Positions 38,946 through 49,694 are shown, numbered from the stretch's first letter. The stretch is DNA of 64,000 nucleotides from an uncultured Acidobacteriota bacterium (GCA_963708395.1 CAVPSG010000002.1:69100-133099), one strand, 5' to 3'. Numbers and translations are program-made. The notes: generated from the letters alone by a model not told the origin.

Positions 38946-39011
38946 ACCCATGCCCTCGCGCCTGTTGTCGGGAAGAGAGTCGAGCCGGCGATATGATTTC
39001 TTCCTTCTCCT

Positions 39012-41610
39012 ATGCCCGTTTCAGCTGGAACGCGGCTTGGTCCGTACGAGATTCTCAGCTTGCTGGGGACCGGCGGAATGGGCGAAGTGTACCGAGCCAG
39101 GGACGCGCGCCTTCAGCGTGAGGTCGCAGTGAAAGTCCTGCCAGCCGAGCTGTCTTCCAATGTGGCGCGTCTGAAGCGCTTCGAGACCGAAGCCCGGCTG
39201 GCTTCCGCCTTGAACCATCCGAACATCGTAACGATCTACGAGGTCGGGCGAAGCGATTCCACCTCTTTCATCGTGATGGAGCTCGTGCATGGAAAACCGT
39301 TACGGGAGCTGCTCTACGCCGGCGCTCTTTCCTTGCGCAAGTTGCTTTCGATTGCCCCCCAGGTCGCCGATGGACTGGCGAAGGCCCATGCGACCGGCAT
39401 CGTTCATCGGGATCTGAAGCCCGAAAACATCATGGTCACGGGTGACGGCATCGTCAAGGTCATGGATTTCGGTCTCGCGACGTCAGCGCGTCCGGATGGA
39501 AACAGAGGACCGGCGCCGCAAGCCGCGACGATCACGGGGGGGACCGAACCCGGAGCCGTCATGGGGACGGTGGCGTACATGTCACCCGAGCAGGCGGCAG
39601 GACTACGGATGGATTTCCGGTCCGATCAGTTCTCCTTCGGCTCGATCCTCTACGAAATGGCGACCGGCCAGCGGCCATTCGATCGTGCAGACGAAGCCGG
39701 AAACTCTCGCGGCGATCATTCGAGACGATCCGGAGCCGATTTCGTCGCACAACTCCAAGATCCCTCAGCCTTTGCGCTGGATCGTCGAGCGATGCCTCGC
39801 CAAGGACCCGCAAGACCGCTATGCGGCGACGGAAGATCTGGCGCGAGACCTTGCGACTCTGCGCGACCACGCTTCCGACGTGTCCGGCGAGGTCCGTCGA
39901 GCGCTCGATGGTCCGCGACTCCCGACGAGACCAGGATCGATCGGCCTGGTTGCCGCGCTCCTGGCCATCCTGGCGGGAATCTACCTGCTCGGCCGTCGGG
40001 TCGAGCGGTCGCACGAGGCTTCGCCGCGCTTTCAACAGCTGACGTTTCGGAGCGCCGGCATCTCGTCGGCGCGGTTTGCGCCGGACGGCCGGACGGTCGT
40101 GTACGCCGCGCAGTGGGAGGGCAAACCAACCGAACTTTTCACCGCGCGCTCCGATAGCCCCGAGACGGGTTCGCTCGGACTCTCCGGCGCGGAGATTCTC
40201 TCCATCTCCTCCTCCGGCCAGATGGCGCTTCTGATCAAGCCGCGATTCGACTCGATCTTTCGTGCTCCGCACTCGGACCTTACGTTCGACCCGAGTCGAC
40301 TCCGCGGGATGCTCGCCGAGGCGCCGCTCGCCGGCGGCGCACCCCGAGAGCTCCTCGAAGAGACCTACTTCGCTGACTGGAGCGCGGACGGCAAGTCACT
40401 CGCTGTCTTGCACTACGTCGGAGGCAAGAATCGGATCGAATTTCCTGTGGGCCGCGTGCTCTACGAGCTCAATTCAGAACTCTATCCCCATATCGCAATT
40501 TCGCCGTCGGGCGATCGGATTGCGTTCGCGTACCGACTCAACCTCTACGTGATCGAGCCCGGCGCGCGAGTCCGCGATCTCCGTGAGCGAGCCCTGGAGG
40601 TCGCCTGGTCCCGAGCGACGAATGAGATCTGGTTCAATTCGGTGGCCGGCGGGGCGACCGATCTTCTCGCCCTCATCCCCGGTGGGACGAAACGGCTCGT
40701 GACGACGCTACCGGGAGACTTCGTGCTTCACGATGTCTCTGCGGAGGGCCGGGTGCTGCTCGGGCGCGTCTCCGAGAGCTCCCAGATCCTGGGAGACTTT
40801 CCGGGCGAGACTCGCCCGCGCAATCTGTCCCACCTCGACCGCTCCGTGGCCGCCGGTCTCACCCCGAGCGGCGACACGCTTCTCTTCAACGAGATCGGAC
40901 AGGGCAGCCGGTCCGTGTATCTGCGGCGGACCGACGGTTCGCCGGCGAAGAAGCTGGCTGATGGCTACGCATGGGCGCTCTCGCCGGACGGAAAGTTTGT
41001 GCTCGCCAACGCCCGTCCGGATCCTCGGATCATTCTCATTCCAACCGGACCCGGAGAGCCAAGAGCCATCGAGACGGGCGAGCTGAGCTACGGAGGACGG
41101 ATGGGGTTCTTTCCGGACGGCCGGAGGATCTGGTTCATGGCGGAGGACCGTGCGCACGGCCGCCGTGCCTGGGTACAGGACCTCAGCGGGGGGAAGCCCC
41201 GCTCGGTCACGCCGAACGGGGTCGGAGGGGTATTGCTGTCGGGAGACGGCCGCTTTCTCTGCGCCCGCGCGGTCGACGGCAACTGGACCCTCTATTCCAC
41301 CGACACGACGGAAGTCCACAAGGTCGTTGGCCTTCTTCCCGGTGAGGAACCGATCCAATGGACCGCGAGCGAAGAGCTCTATGTCCGGGGTGCTGACGAG
41401 TTGCACCCGGGCGAGTCTTACATGACGACGCGCATTTACCGCCTCGACCCCCATACCGGAAGCCGCGAGCTTTGGAAGGAAATACAGCCCATCAACCCGT
41501 TGTCGGGCGGAGCCATCGGCGCAGTCTTCTTCTCGGCGGACGGAAAGACTTGCGTCTACACGCACCACACCTATTCCTCCGAGCTCTTCTCGGTGGACGG
41601 GCTGAGGTGA
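39012..41610 (+). pseudogene. Ser/Thr protein kinase fused to TolB/WD40-like beta-propeller, one frame break (or assembly indel)
   Basis: GTGGMGEVYRA, VAVKVL, HRDLKPENIMV, DFGLA, YMSPEQ, ...EMATGQRPF, then a frame switch (39670-39700) to TKPETLAAIIRDDPEP...RCLAKDPQDRY. A TM segment and a ~520-aa propeller follow (FAPDGRTVVYAA, WSADGKSLAV, SPSGDRIAFA, LSPDGKFVL, FFPDGRRIWF, FSADGKTCVY). Confidence 0.8.
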
Positions 41611-41614
41611 GCGA

Positions 41615-42271
41615 CTAACTCCCGGCGGCCGTGGCGGTCGACGCCGTCTCCTTGAAGATGCGGAAAACCACGGATGCCGGTCCGATCTTGATCAGATCTT
41701 CGTCGGCAAGCTTCCTGGAGGCCTTGATTCTCGTTCCCCGCAGATACGTTCCATTCTTGCTGTGGAGATCTTCGAGCACCGCACCCGTGCCGTCGATCAC
41801 GATCCGCGCGTGCCGGCGCGACACGAGGGCATCGTCGATCCAGACGACGGCCTCTTCATCTCGTCCCAGCAGGTTTTCGCCAGGACCGAGGACAATCTCG
41901 CGGCCCCCCCAGATGAGCCGGTAGATCAACTTCTCGCCGCCCACCGCGGAAGCGCCCTCCCGGATTTCCCGCGCGCTTCCGCTGAAGGCATAACCATAGC
42001 CATGAACGGTCCGCACGAAACGAGCTCGTCGGGCGCGGTCCCCGATTGCCGACCGGACCTCGACGAGAAGGCTCGCGAGCGAACCATCCGAAACGAACGT
42101 GCCGGGCCAGAGACATTCGTGGATCTCGCTCTTCGAAAGTGCCTTGGGTCGCCTTTCCAGAACCACTTCGAGGAACCGAAAAGCCTTGGGCGAGAGATGA
42201 ACGTCCTTGCCTCGAACTGAGAGTTGCCGCGTCTCCGAGTCGAGCACGTACTCCCCGAATTGAACCCGCAT
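41615..42271 (-). CDS. OmpR/PhoB-type winged-helix + FHA domain regulator
   Basis: 218 aa. N-terminus LSPKAFRFLEVVLERRPKALSKSEIHECLWPG...VRTVHGYGYAF (trans_reg_C). C-terminus LGRDEEAVVWIDDALVSRRHARIVIDGTGAVLEDLHSKNGTYLRG (FHA). Confidence 0.8.
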   Translation of the reverse strand: MRVQFGEYVLDSETRQLSVRGKDVHLSPKAFRFLEVVLERRPKALSKSEIHECLWPGTFVSDGSLASLLVEVRSAIGDRARRARFVRTVHGYGYAFSGSAREIREGASAVGGEKLIYRLIWGGREIVLGPGENLLGRDEEAVVWIDDALVSRRHARIVIDGTGAVLEDLHSKNGTYLRGTRIKASRKLADEDLIKIGPASVVFRIFKETASTATAAGS

Positions 42272-42367
42272 TGGCGCTCCCAGAAAAGCCCAAGAAACTT
42301 CTAGCGTTTCGCCAACGACTTCCCGGACCTTGCGGCGACATCCTGATTATCACGCAAGGAGGGAATC

Positions 42368-44182
42368 ATGAAGAACGCCAAACGCATTCGCCTCGGCCGT
42401 CTTGCTCGGAGGGATCTCGCGCCCTCGATTCTTTCGGCTGGCCTGCTTCTTGTTTGTACGTCGGTTCCCGCCGCCGACCTTCACGTCCCCGCCGACTACA
42501 CGACAATCACCGCGGCTGTCGCGGCGGCGCACGGGCGGACCGACGGCTCGACAACGATCCTGATCGCACCGGGCATGTACAACGAGTCGGGGATCGTCCT
42601 CGACCTCCCGAATCTGACTCTCGCCGGAACGACGCCCCTCGCGCTTGGTCCCGATGGATTCCCCTCGGCTTCGCAGGAGGCTGTGGCCGAGGTTCAGACG
42701 AATCTCCTAGCAGGCACGGTCATGTTCTACGTGCGGGCCGCGAACGTTCGGATCACCGGGCTCGTCCTCGACGGGATGCAACCGCTTCCCGTGGCACCGG
42801 CGCTAGGCGCCGTGATCAACATAGACGGCTCGTTCTCGACAGACGGTTTCTCGATCGACGGGAACCTCGTTCAGAGCGCCAACACGGGGATCGTCTCGCG
42901 CATGGCGAGCGGCACGATCCAGGGAAACCGCCTCACTTCGATGTTCAGCGGCAGCGCGTCCTTCGGCGGGCGGCCCGAAGATGCCAAGTCCGTCACCTTC
43001 AGCGGCAACCTGGTGATTGGCAATACAAACGTCGGGGCAGCCTTCGAAGGTGGCACCGGCTCGCTGAACAAGAACTTCAAGCCGGTCGACTCCGGGCCGG
43101 GGAGCCTCTCCGTCGAAGTGTCCGGGAACGAGTTCCGCGGAAATGGAGCGTTGGGACCCAATTTCACGAGCCTGGGCCTCTCTTTCCTCGTCAACGACGA
43201 CTCCCAGAGCGACTCGACCCAGCCCGCGAGCCTCGATGCAAAGGCTCATGACAATCTGTTCGCCGAGAACCTCAACTGGGGCCTCGCCGTTGCGCAGCGC
43301 ATCTTGGCGACCTCCAGCCTCACCGGGTACGAGTTCGAAGGGACCTTCGAGCGCAATAGCTACTGCGGCAACGGACGCAACGCGGCGATCTTCGACTTTC
43401 GGCAGGTCACGACCACTCTCGGCGGCGGCTCCCAACTCTTCCGCTACGGTCGGGGCTCGACCTACATCGTCCATGCCGAGAATGACGAGCTGACGTCGAT
43501 CGGTTACGACATGGACAATCCGGCGAACGATCCAGATGCGCACACAAACGAGCCGCCGGGTACCCCGCTCGGGAACACACTGATCTTCAACGCCGCGGTC
43601 GTCCCCACGGCGCCCATTCCGGTGCTCCGGATCCCCGCGCTGGCGGTGCCCGTCGTGGGATGCCTTTCCCTGCGCGGTACTGGCCCCAACGCCAACCCTT
43701 CGGTACTTTTCCTGGATGCTGCTCCGACTGCTTCAACGCCGAAGTACAGGGATTCCGCGGGCATCCGCTTCACTGGTGGAAACGCGTTCCAGGAGATCGG
43801 GACCTGGACGATGACACCGGGGGCTGAGGTTCCGTCGTCCGGCGGGAACCACCTCGACAGCTGGATCGGATTGAAGAACAGCGACGATCTGCAGACGCGA
43901 TTTGACCTGCAGGCCGAGTTGTACAAGAACGGCGTTCTCCTAGCGACGGGTTTGACTCGCTGCATCCAGGGTGTGACCAAAGACCCGAATTCCGCCGAGA
44001 AGGTCACTGTCGTATTCAGCCCTTTCCCGACAGAGGTCTTCACGGGCGCGGACGTTCTGGGCCTCAAAGTCCTGACCCGAATCGGGACCAACCCCGACGG
44101 CTCCCAGTGTTCCGGCCACACCAACGCGACTGGTTTGCGTCTGTACTTCGACTCGACCAACCGCCCGTCGAGCTTCGACTAG
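42368..44182 (+). CDS. secreted right-handed parallel beta-helix repeat protein
   Basis: 604 aa with a signal peptide. LHVPADYTTITAAVAAA...ILIAPGMYNESGIVLD and recurrent G-N-x-(F/I) turns fit a pectin-lyase-fold pattern. The C-terminal ~150 aa form a separate beta domain. Confidence 0.6.
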   Translation: MKNAKRIRLGRLARRDLAPSILSAGLLLVCTSVPAADLHVPADYTTITAAVAAAHGRTDGSTTILIAPGMYNESGIVLDLPNLTLAGTTPLALGPDGFPSASQEAVAEVQTNLLAGTVMFYVRAANVRITGLVLDGMQPLPVAPALGAVINIDGSFSTDGFSIDGNLVQSANTGIVSRMASGTIQGNRLTSMFSGSASFGGRPEDAKSVTFSGNLVIGNTNVGAAFEGGTGSLNKNFKPVDSGPGSLSVEVSGNEFRGNGALGPNFTSLGLSFLVNDDSQSDSTQPASLDAKAHDNLFAENLNWGLAVAQRILATSSLTGYEFEGTFERNSYCGNGRNAAIFDFRQVTTTLGGGSQLFRYGRGSTYIVHAENDELTSIGYDMDNPANDPDAHTNEPPGTPLGNTLIFNAAVVPTAPIPVLRIPALAVPVVGCLSLRGTGPNANPSVLFLDAAPTASTPKYRDSAGIRFTGGNAFQEIGTWTMTPGAEVPSSGGNHLDSWIGLKNSDDLQTRFDLQAELYKNGVLLATGLTRCIQGVTKDPNSAEKVTVVFSPFPTEVFTGADVLGLKVLTRIGTNPDGSQCSGHTNATGLRLYFDSTNRPSSFD

Positions 44183-44395
44183 AACCCCTGAAACCCCGGA
44201 GTAAGACCACGAGGGGGGCGCCATGTCGCCCCCCTTTCTTCTCTCGTTTCCCTCGACCCGAATCCGCCGGGCACTTTTTCGCAGCTCGAGTGCCCGGCTT
44301 CGTTGGCGGCGGTCACCCCGCTGCGAGCGGGCCTGAGCCGGGCGCCGACGCCCCGGACAGCGAATCACAACTGACGCCGTGACCCGTGGCCCTCG

Positions 44396-44433
44396 TTCCA
44401 GAACCAACAACTCAACTGGTCAGGACTGACCCC
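44396..44433 (+). repeat. family B right arm
   Basis: TTCCAGAACCAACAACTCAACTGGTCAGGACTGACCCC. It encodes (minus strand) the last 8 codons and the stop of the gene 44412..45050. Confidence 0.8.
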
Positions 44434-45050
44434 TCTCCCGAAGCCAGAGCCCGACCCTGGAAGAACCAGCCGAATCCCAGGATCGCGTTGCCGGCGACTC
44501 CGCCCCAGGTCACGCCGAACGCGGCGCTCAGGATCGGGATGAGGAAAAACCCGGCGATCACGACGACTGCCGGCCGGCGTCCCGGTTTCCAGGCTCGCAG
44601 CGTCGAGACCTCGAGCACGATCCAACCGATCGAAAACAACGTGATCGGTATGAGCGCGCCGAGGTCGTACATTGAAAAGCCCTTGGCGGTTTCGAGCGTC
44701 CGAACAGCCGCCGGAGCCCGCAGGGCGAGCTCGCGGATCAGGAACACGTTGATCCACTCCCACGCCAGAAGAAGCGCGCTCCCGAGCAACGCCATGACGA
44801 ACGCGATCCCTCCGAAAACGCCCGCGCGCTCCGACTGCGCGCTGTAGAGGCCGATCGTGCCGAGCAGGAGGAGCGCGGCGACCAGGATCGCAAGGCTCTG
44901 CCGGTAGAGAAATACCGTCGACGCGGCCGTCTGCTCGAGAGGAGCCTTCGCGACCATCAGAGGTGTCAGTGTGGCGTTGAGCAGGAAGGTCAACAGCCCT
45001 CCCCCCGCGAGAGCCCTTCCGCACCAGCGGACCAATCCCGGCCGCGCCAT
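44412..45050 (-). CDS. integral membrane hypothetical protein
   Basis: 212 aa with about 6 TM helices. The C-terminal GEGSVLTS* comes from the family B repeat. Confidence 0.55.
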   Translation of the reverse strand: MARPGLVRWCGRALAGGGLLTFLLNATLTPLMVAKAPLEQTAASTVFLYRQSLAILVAALLLLGTIGLYSAQSERAGVFGGIAFVMALLGSALLLAWEWINVFLIRELALRAPAAVRTLETAKGFSMYDLGALIPITLFSIGWIVLEVSTLRAWKPGRRPAVVVIAGFFLIPILSAAFGVTWGGVAGNAILGFGWFFQGRALASGEGSVLTS

Positions 45051-45351
45051 TCTGATGTGCTGGTTCCTTGCGAGAAGCTACGCTACTCGAGCAGGAAGGT
45101 TGCTTGCGGCGGCGGTCGCCGCTCATCCCGAGCCACGAGGCTACGAACCTCCACCGCGGCTCCCCGACTACTTGTTTCTGGATCATGTCGCGCAACCGGC
45201 GCACTCGACCACCGAGCCTGCAACTCATGGCATTCATTCGAGTTGTGCGCAGGCGTCACATTTCGGCGGCCTGTCCGGTCTTTCTCTCGGACCACGTCAC
45301 CGGGAACGACTTCGGCCAGATACCGGGGCGACGAGTCCGAGGAGGTCGACC

Positions 45352-45807
45352 ATGAGCATGAAGAAGAAGGACACGGTCATCTATTGGATCGCGACGGGGC
45401 TCGTCTGCGGGGTGATGCTGTACAGCGCCGTCAACTTCAACCTGAAGAACCCGCTCGGGCCGATGAAAGGCGCGTTCAAGCACCTCGGCTATCCCGACTA
45501 CTTCCGCATCGAGCTGACGACCGCCAAGGTGCTCGGCGTGCTGGCCCTGCTGTGGCCCGGACTGCCGACGAAGGTCCGCGAGTTCGCGTACGCGGGACTC
45601 GCGATCACGCTCGTCTCGGCCGCCATCGCGCACTTCTCCGTCGGAGACGCCTGGTACTTCGCCGCGGATCCGCTCTTCTTTCTAGCCGCGCTCGTGACGT
45701 CGTATGTCTATTTCGAGAAGCGGAATCGGCTCGAGGCCGTTCCGGCTGGTTCCGTCGACCGCGCCGGCGTGCGGCCGTCGGCGGCGCTGGCAAGGCAGTC
45801 GGCCTGA
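45352..45807 (+). CDS. DoxX-like family membrane protein
   Basis: 151 aa from the ATG at 45352 (GGAGG RBS). IYWIATGLVCGVMLYSAVNFNLKNP...HLGYPDYFRIELTTAKVLGVLALLWP...FAYAGLAITLVSAAIAHF. Confidence 0.7.
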   Translation: MSMKKKDTVIYWIATGLVCGVMLYSAVNFNLKNPLGPMKGAFKHLGYPDYFRIELTTAKVLGVLALLWPGLPTKVREFAYAGLAITLVSAAIAHFSVGDAWYFAADPLFFLAALVTSYVYFEKRNRLEAVPAGSVDRAGVRPSAALARQSA

Positions 45808-45814
45808 CCGCATC

Positions 45815-46750
45815 ATGAGCCGCGACGCGGATACGACGGCGGCATCGCGACCGGTCGAGAAGAGCGCCGCAGCCGCGCTCGCGGCGTTCGAAGAGCATCG
45901 CGCGCTGCTCTTCTCGATCGCATACCGCATGCTCGGCAGCGTCGCAGACGCCGAGGACGTGCTCCAGGAGGCGTTCATCCGCTGGCAGCGCGCCGGCGCC
46001 TCCGCCGAGGAGATCCGATCGCCGCGGGCCTTCCTCGTCACGATCGTGAGCCGACTCTGCATCAACCAGCTCGAGTCGGCGCGCTCGCGGCGCGAGGAGT
46101 ACGTCGGCGAATGGCTGCCGGAGCCGTTGGTGACGGAGCCAGGCCCGAGCGCGGCCACGGTTCTCGAAGTGGACGAGTCGGTCTCCATGGCGCTGCTGCT
46201 CCTGCTCGAGAGGCTCGGGCCGGCCGAGCGCGCCGTTTTCGTTCTCCACGAGGTCTTCGACTACAGACACGCCGAGATCGCGGAAACGCTCGGCTTGACC
46301 GAGACGAACAGCCGCCAGCTCCTGAGTCGAGCACAGCAGCACGTACGCTTGACGCGTCCACGCTTCCGCGCGAGGGCGAGCGCGCACTCGGAGCTGCTGC
46401 GGCGGTTCGCGCGGGCGGCCGGCGACGGCGACATGGACGCGCTGATCTCACTCCTCTCCGACGACGTCGTGCTCCACACGGACGGCGGCGGCAAGGCCTC
46501 GGCGCTCATGCTTCCGATCTTCGGACGGGAGAAAGTCGCGCAGGCCGGCGTGCACGGTCAGCGGAGGCTTCTGACCCTCGGAGTCGAGCAACGGTTCGTC
46601 GAGGTCAACGGCCGCCCCGGCATCGTGAGCTATCAGGACGGCCGGCCCTTCTCGGTCTTCACGATCGAAGCGCGCAGCGACCGCATCGACGCGATCTACA
46701 TCGTGACGAATCCGGAGAAGCTGTCGCAGCTGCGCGGCCTCGAGCACTGA
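45815..46750 (+). CDS. ECF sigma factor, SigJ/ECF41-like with SnoaL-type C-terminal extension
   Basis: 311 aa. Region 2 is LLFSIAYRMLGSVADAEDVLQEAFIRW and region 4 is AVFVLHEVFDYRHAEIAETLGLTETNSRQLLSRAQ. The ~130-aa extension (DALISLLSDDVVLHTDGGGK...IDAIYIVTNPEKL) follows. Confidence 0.85.
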   Translation: MSRDADTTAASRPVEKSAAAALAAFEEHRALLFSIAYRMLGSVADAEDVLQEAFIRWQRAGASAEEIRSPRAFLVTIVSRLCINQLESARSRREEYVGEWLPEPLVTEPGPSAATVLEVDESVSMALLLLLERLGPAERAVFVLHEVFDYRHAEIAETLGLTETNSRQLLSRAQQHVRLTRPRFRARASAHSELLRRFARAAGDGDMDALISLLSDDVVLHTDGGGKASALMLPIFGREKVAQAGVHGQRRLLTLGVEQRFVEVNGRPGIVSYQDGRPFSVFTIEARSDRIDAIYIVTNPEKLSQLRGLEH

Positions 46751-46898
46751 CGCGCAGGGCAGGGCGGCGACTGTCCATGAGTCCCCTCACCCCAACTCGG
46801 CTCCCCAATCTGCTGAATGAAAGGCAGGTGAGAGGGAGAAACTCGAGCGCGACCGCTTATATAGTCCGCTGCAAGGTACCCCTGAGGAGGAGAACACC

Positions 46899-47390
46899 AT
46901 GAAGAAGCTCTCGACCTGGAGTTACATCGTCGCGCTTTCCTGCTTCTGCGTTGCCGCCGCGGCCCAAACCGCCTCATACGTCATCGCCCCGGCCGACGAC
47001 GCCAAATTCGGCCCCGCGCCCCCGATGCTGCCTCCCGGCGCCCAGATCGCAGTCCTCAGCGGCAATCCGATGGGCACCGGGGCCTATTCCGTTCGACTCC
47101 GCTTTCCCGCGAACTACACCATTCCCGCGCACTCCCACCCGACCGACGAAAACGTCGTCGTCACCGCCGGCGCGCTCACTTTCGGCATGGGCGACAAGCT
47201 GTCGATGACGGCCACGGGCAACCGGACGATCGGGATCGGCGGATATGCGTTGCAGCCCGCCGGAATGAACCACTACGCGCTCGCGGGAAGCTCGGGAGCG
47301 GACATCGTCCTCTATGGACAGGGACCGGTCGAGTTCAAGTACGTCAACCCGGCCGACGACCCGAGAAACGCGAAACCCGCGGCGAAGTAG
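46899..47390 (+). CDS. secreted cupin domain protein
   Basis: 163 aa with GAGGAGGAGAA RBS and a signal peptide. YSVRLRFPANYTIPAHSHPTDENVVVTAGALTFGMGD...GGYALQPAGMNHYA. Confidence 0.7.
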   Translation: MKKLSTWSYIVALSCFCVAAAAQTASYVIAPADDAKFGPAPPMLPPGAQIAVLSGNPMGTGAYSVRLRFPANYTIPAHSHPTDENVVVTAGALTFGMGDKLSMTATGNRTIGIGGYALQPAGMNHYALAGSSGADIVLYGQGPVEFKYVNPADDPRNAKPAAK

Positions 47391-47403
47391 GAGAGACCGA
47401 AGA

Positions 47404-47441
47404 GACCCTCACCCCGACCCTCTCCCGTCACCGGGAGAGGG
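47404..47441 (+). repeat. family D hairpin element
   Basis: 38 nt identical to 32388..32425, starting 14 nt after the cupin gene stop. Confidence 0.85.
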
Positions 47442-47492
47442 GGCAGGATCCTGCCTCACCCTGCTGCGCTCGGGGCGTCTCGCCGCGCCGAT

Positions 47493-49694
47493 GTGATGAA
47501 ATCATCGGCTCGTGGAGGCGCCATGACCCGATCTCGGCGGTCCCTCGTCGCGTTGTCTTCCGTTCTCGTCCTGTCGTCCGCTGCGGTCTTCGCGCAGGCA
47601 CCGCCGCCGGCGGCGCCCGTGCGAGAGGTCACCGACACCTACTTCGGTCAGGCGGTGGTCGACCCGTATCGCTGGATGGAGAGCACGAAAGACCCGGAGG
47701 TCGCCGCGTGGATGAAGGCGCAGAACGACTACACGCGCGCGGTCCTGGATCGCATTCCAGGGCGCAAGGAGCTTCTCGCGAGGATCCAGGAGCTCGACAA
47801 CGCGGGCGTCAACGTTCTGCAGGTCCAGCGCGCGGGCGCGCTCTTCTTCTATTTCAAGGTCGAGCCGGGCTCCGACAACCGAAAGCTCTACGTGCGCGAT
47901 GGCCTCAAGGGACCGGAGCGGCTCCTCGTCGACCCCGAAAAGCTCGGCCAGGGCGGGAAGCACTGGTCGATCGACTACTTCACGCCTTCGCTCGACGGAA
48001 CCTACGTCGCCTATGGCATCTCCGAGGGAGGCTCCGAGAACAGCGTGCTCCACGTTCTCGAGAGCGCGACCGGAAAGGTGCTCCCGGACTCGATCGACCG
48101 CGCACAGGTCGGCGTGGTGTCCTGGCGGCGTGACGGGCGCTCTTTCGTGTTCAACCGGCTGCAGAAGCTCGCGCCGAACGCGCCGCCGACGGACAAGTAC
48201 CGCAAGAGCCTCGCCTTCCTCCATGTCCTCGGAAGGGACGCGGACAAGGAGCCGGCGGTTTTCGGGATCGGCGTCTCGAAGGGAGTCAAGGTTTCGGAAG
48301 ACGACATTCCGATCGTGGTCCTGACGCCGGCTTCGCCCTGGGCCTTCGGCCTCGTGATTCACGGCGTGCAGAACGAGGCGACGATCTACGCCGCTCCGCT
48401 CGAGACGCTCGGAGCGGCCGCGGAGACGCCCTGGCATCTGGTCGCCGACGTCGAGGACGCGGTGACGAACTTCGACGCCCGCGGCGAAAGGATCTACCTG
48501 CTGAGCCACAAGGACGCGTCGCGGTTCAAGGTCCTCGAAACCGGAATCGCGCATCCGGACCTGGCCAAGGCCAGCGTGCTCGTTGCACCGAGCGAGGCCG
48601 TCATCACGGCGATCGGCGTCGCGCAGGATGCCCTGTACGTGCGGGACCTCGACGGCGGCGTCGGGCGTCTCCGGCGAGTGCCCTTCGAAGGCGGCGCCCC
48701 GCAGCCGATGGGACTTCCCGATGGATCGGCGCAGTCGGTCGTCACGGATCCGCGATTTCCGGGGGCGTTGGTGTCCCTGACGGCGTGGACGCGATCGCCT
48801 CTCTGGTTGCTGTTGGATCCGAAGACCGGCCGCGCGACGGACACGGGGCTCCTGCCGCCGTCGCCCGTGGACTTTTCCGGAGTCGAGTCGGAGGAAGTGA
48901 AGGCGAAGAGCGCGGACGGAACGATGGTGCCGCTCTCGATCATCCACAAGAAGGGCCTGGTCCGCGACGGATCGAATCCGACGTGGCTCACCGGTTACGG
49001 CGCCTACGGAATCTCTTTCGAGCCCGCATTCCAGCCGACGCGCCTTTCCTGGTACGAGCGGGGCGGCGTGCTCGCCGTCGCGCATGTGCGCGGCGGCGGC
49101 GAGTATGGCGAGGACTGGCACCGCGCCGGCCAGAAGTCGACCAAGCAGCACACGATCGACGACTTCCTCGCCTGCGCCCAGTATCTGATCGATCAGAAGC
49201 TCACGTCACCCGCCCGTCTCGCGGGCGAGGGAACGAGCGCCGGCGGCATCACCATCGGGGGCGCCATCACGCAGAGGCCGGATCTGTTCGGCGCGGCGCT
49301 CATCCGCGTCGGCGACTCGGACGCGCTGCGTTCGGAGCTGATGGAGAGCGGGCCCGCCAACATCCCGGAATTCGGCACGGTGAAGGATCCGGACGGTTTC
49401 AAGGCGTTGTACGCAATGGCGGCCTACCATCACGTCAAGCCGGGCACGGCCTATCCGGCCGTTCTCCTCACGACCGGCACGAACGACCCGCGCGTGGCGC
49501 CCTGGCAGGCGGCGAAAATGACGGCGCGCCTGCAGGCGGCGACGACGAGCGGGAAACCGATTCTCCTGCGCGTCGACTACGACGCGGGACACGGAATGGG
49601 CTCGACGAAGTCGCAGGCCGATACGGAGCTCGCCGACGAGCAATCCTTCCTGTTCTGGCAGCTCGGCGTGGCTCCGTTCGCGACGGCGAAGTAG
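47493..49694 (+). CDS. prolyl oligopeptidase (S9A)
   Basis: 733 aa (alternative start 47523). VTDTYFGQAVVDPYRWMES, YGAYGISFEP, GGEYGEDWHRAG, GTSAGGITIGGAITQRPDLF, TGTNDPRV, GHG. The TAG at 49692-94 abuts the repeat block. Confidence 0.9.
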   Translation: MMKSSARGGAMTRSRRSLVALSSVLVLSSAAVFAQAPPPAAPVREVTDTYFGQAVVDPYRWMESTKDPEVAAWMKAQNDYTRAVLDRIPGRKELLARIQELDNAGVNVLQVQRAGALFFYFKVEPGSDNRKLYVRDGLKGPERLLVDPEKLGQGGKHWSIDYFTPSLDGTYVAYGISEGGSENSVLHVLESATGKVLPDSIDRAQVGVVSWRRDGRSFVFNRLQKLAPNAPPTDKYRKSLAFLHVLGRDADKEPAVFGIGVSKGVKVSEDDIPIVVLTPASPWAFGLVIHGVQNEATIYAAPLETLGAAAETPWHLVADVEDAVTNFDARGERIYLLSHKDASRFKVLETGIAHPDLAKASVLVAPSEAVITAIGVAQDALYVRDLDGGVGRLRRVPFEGGAPQPMGLPDGSAQSVVTDPRFPGALVSLTAWTRSPLWLLLDPKTGRATDTGLLPPSPVDFSGVESEEVKAKSADGTMVPLSIIHKKGLVRDGSNPTWLTGYGAYGISFEPAFQPTRLSWYERGGVLAVAHVRGGGEYGEDWHRAGQKSTKQHTIDDFLACAQYLIDQKLTSPARLAGEGTSAGGITIGGAITQRPDLFGAALIRVGDSDALRSELMESGPANIPEFGTVKDPDGFKALYAMAAYHHVKPGTAYPAVLLTTGTNDPRVAPWQAAKMTARLQAATTSGKPILLRVDYDAGHGMGSTKSQADTELADEQSFLFWQLGVAPFATAK

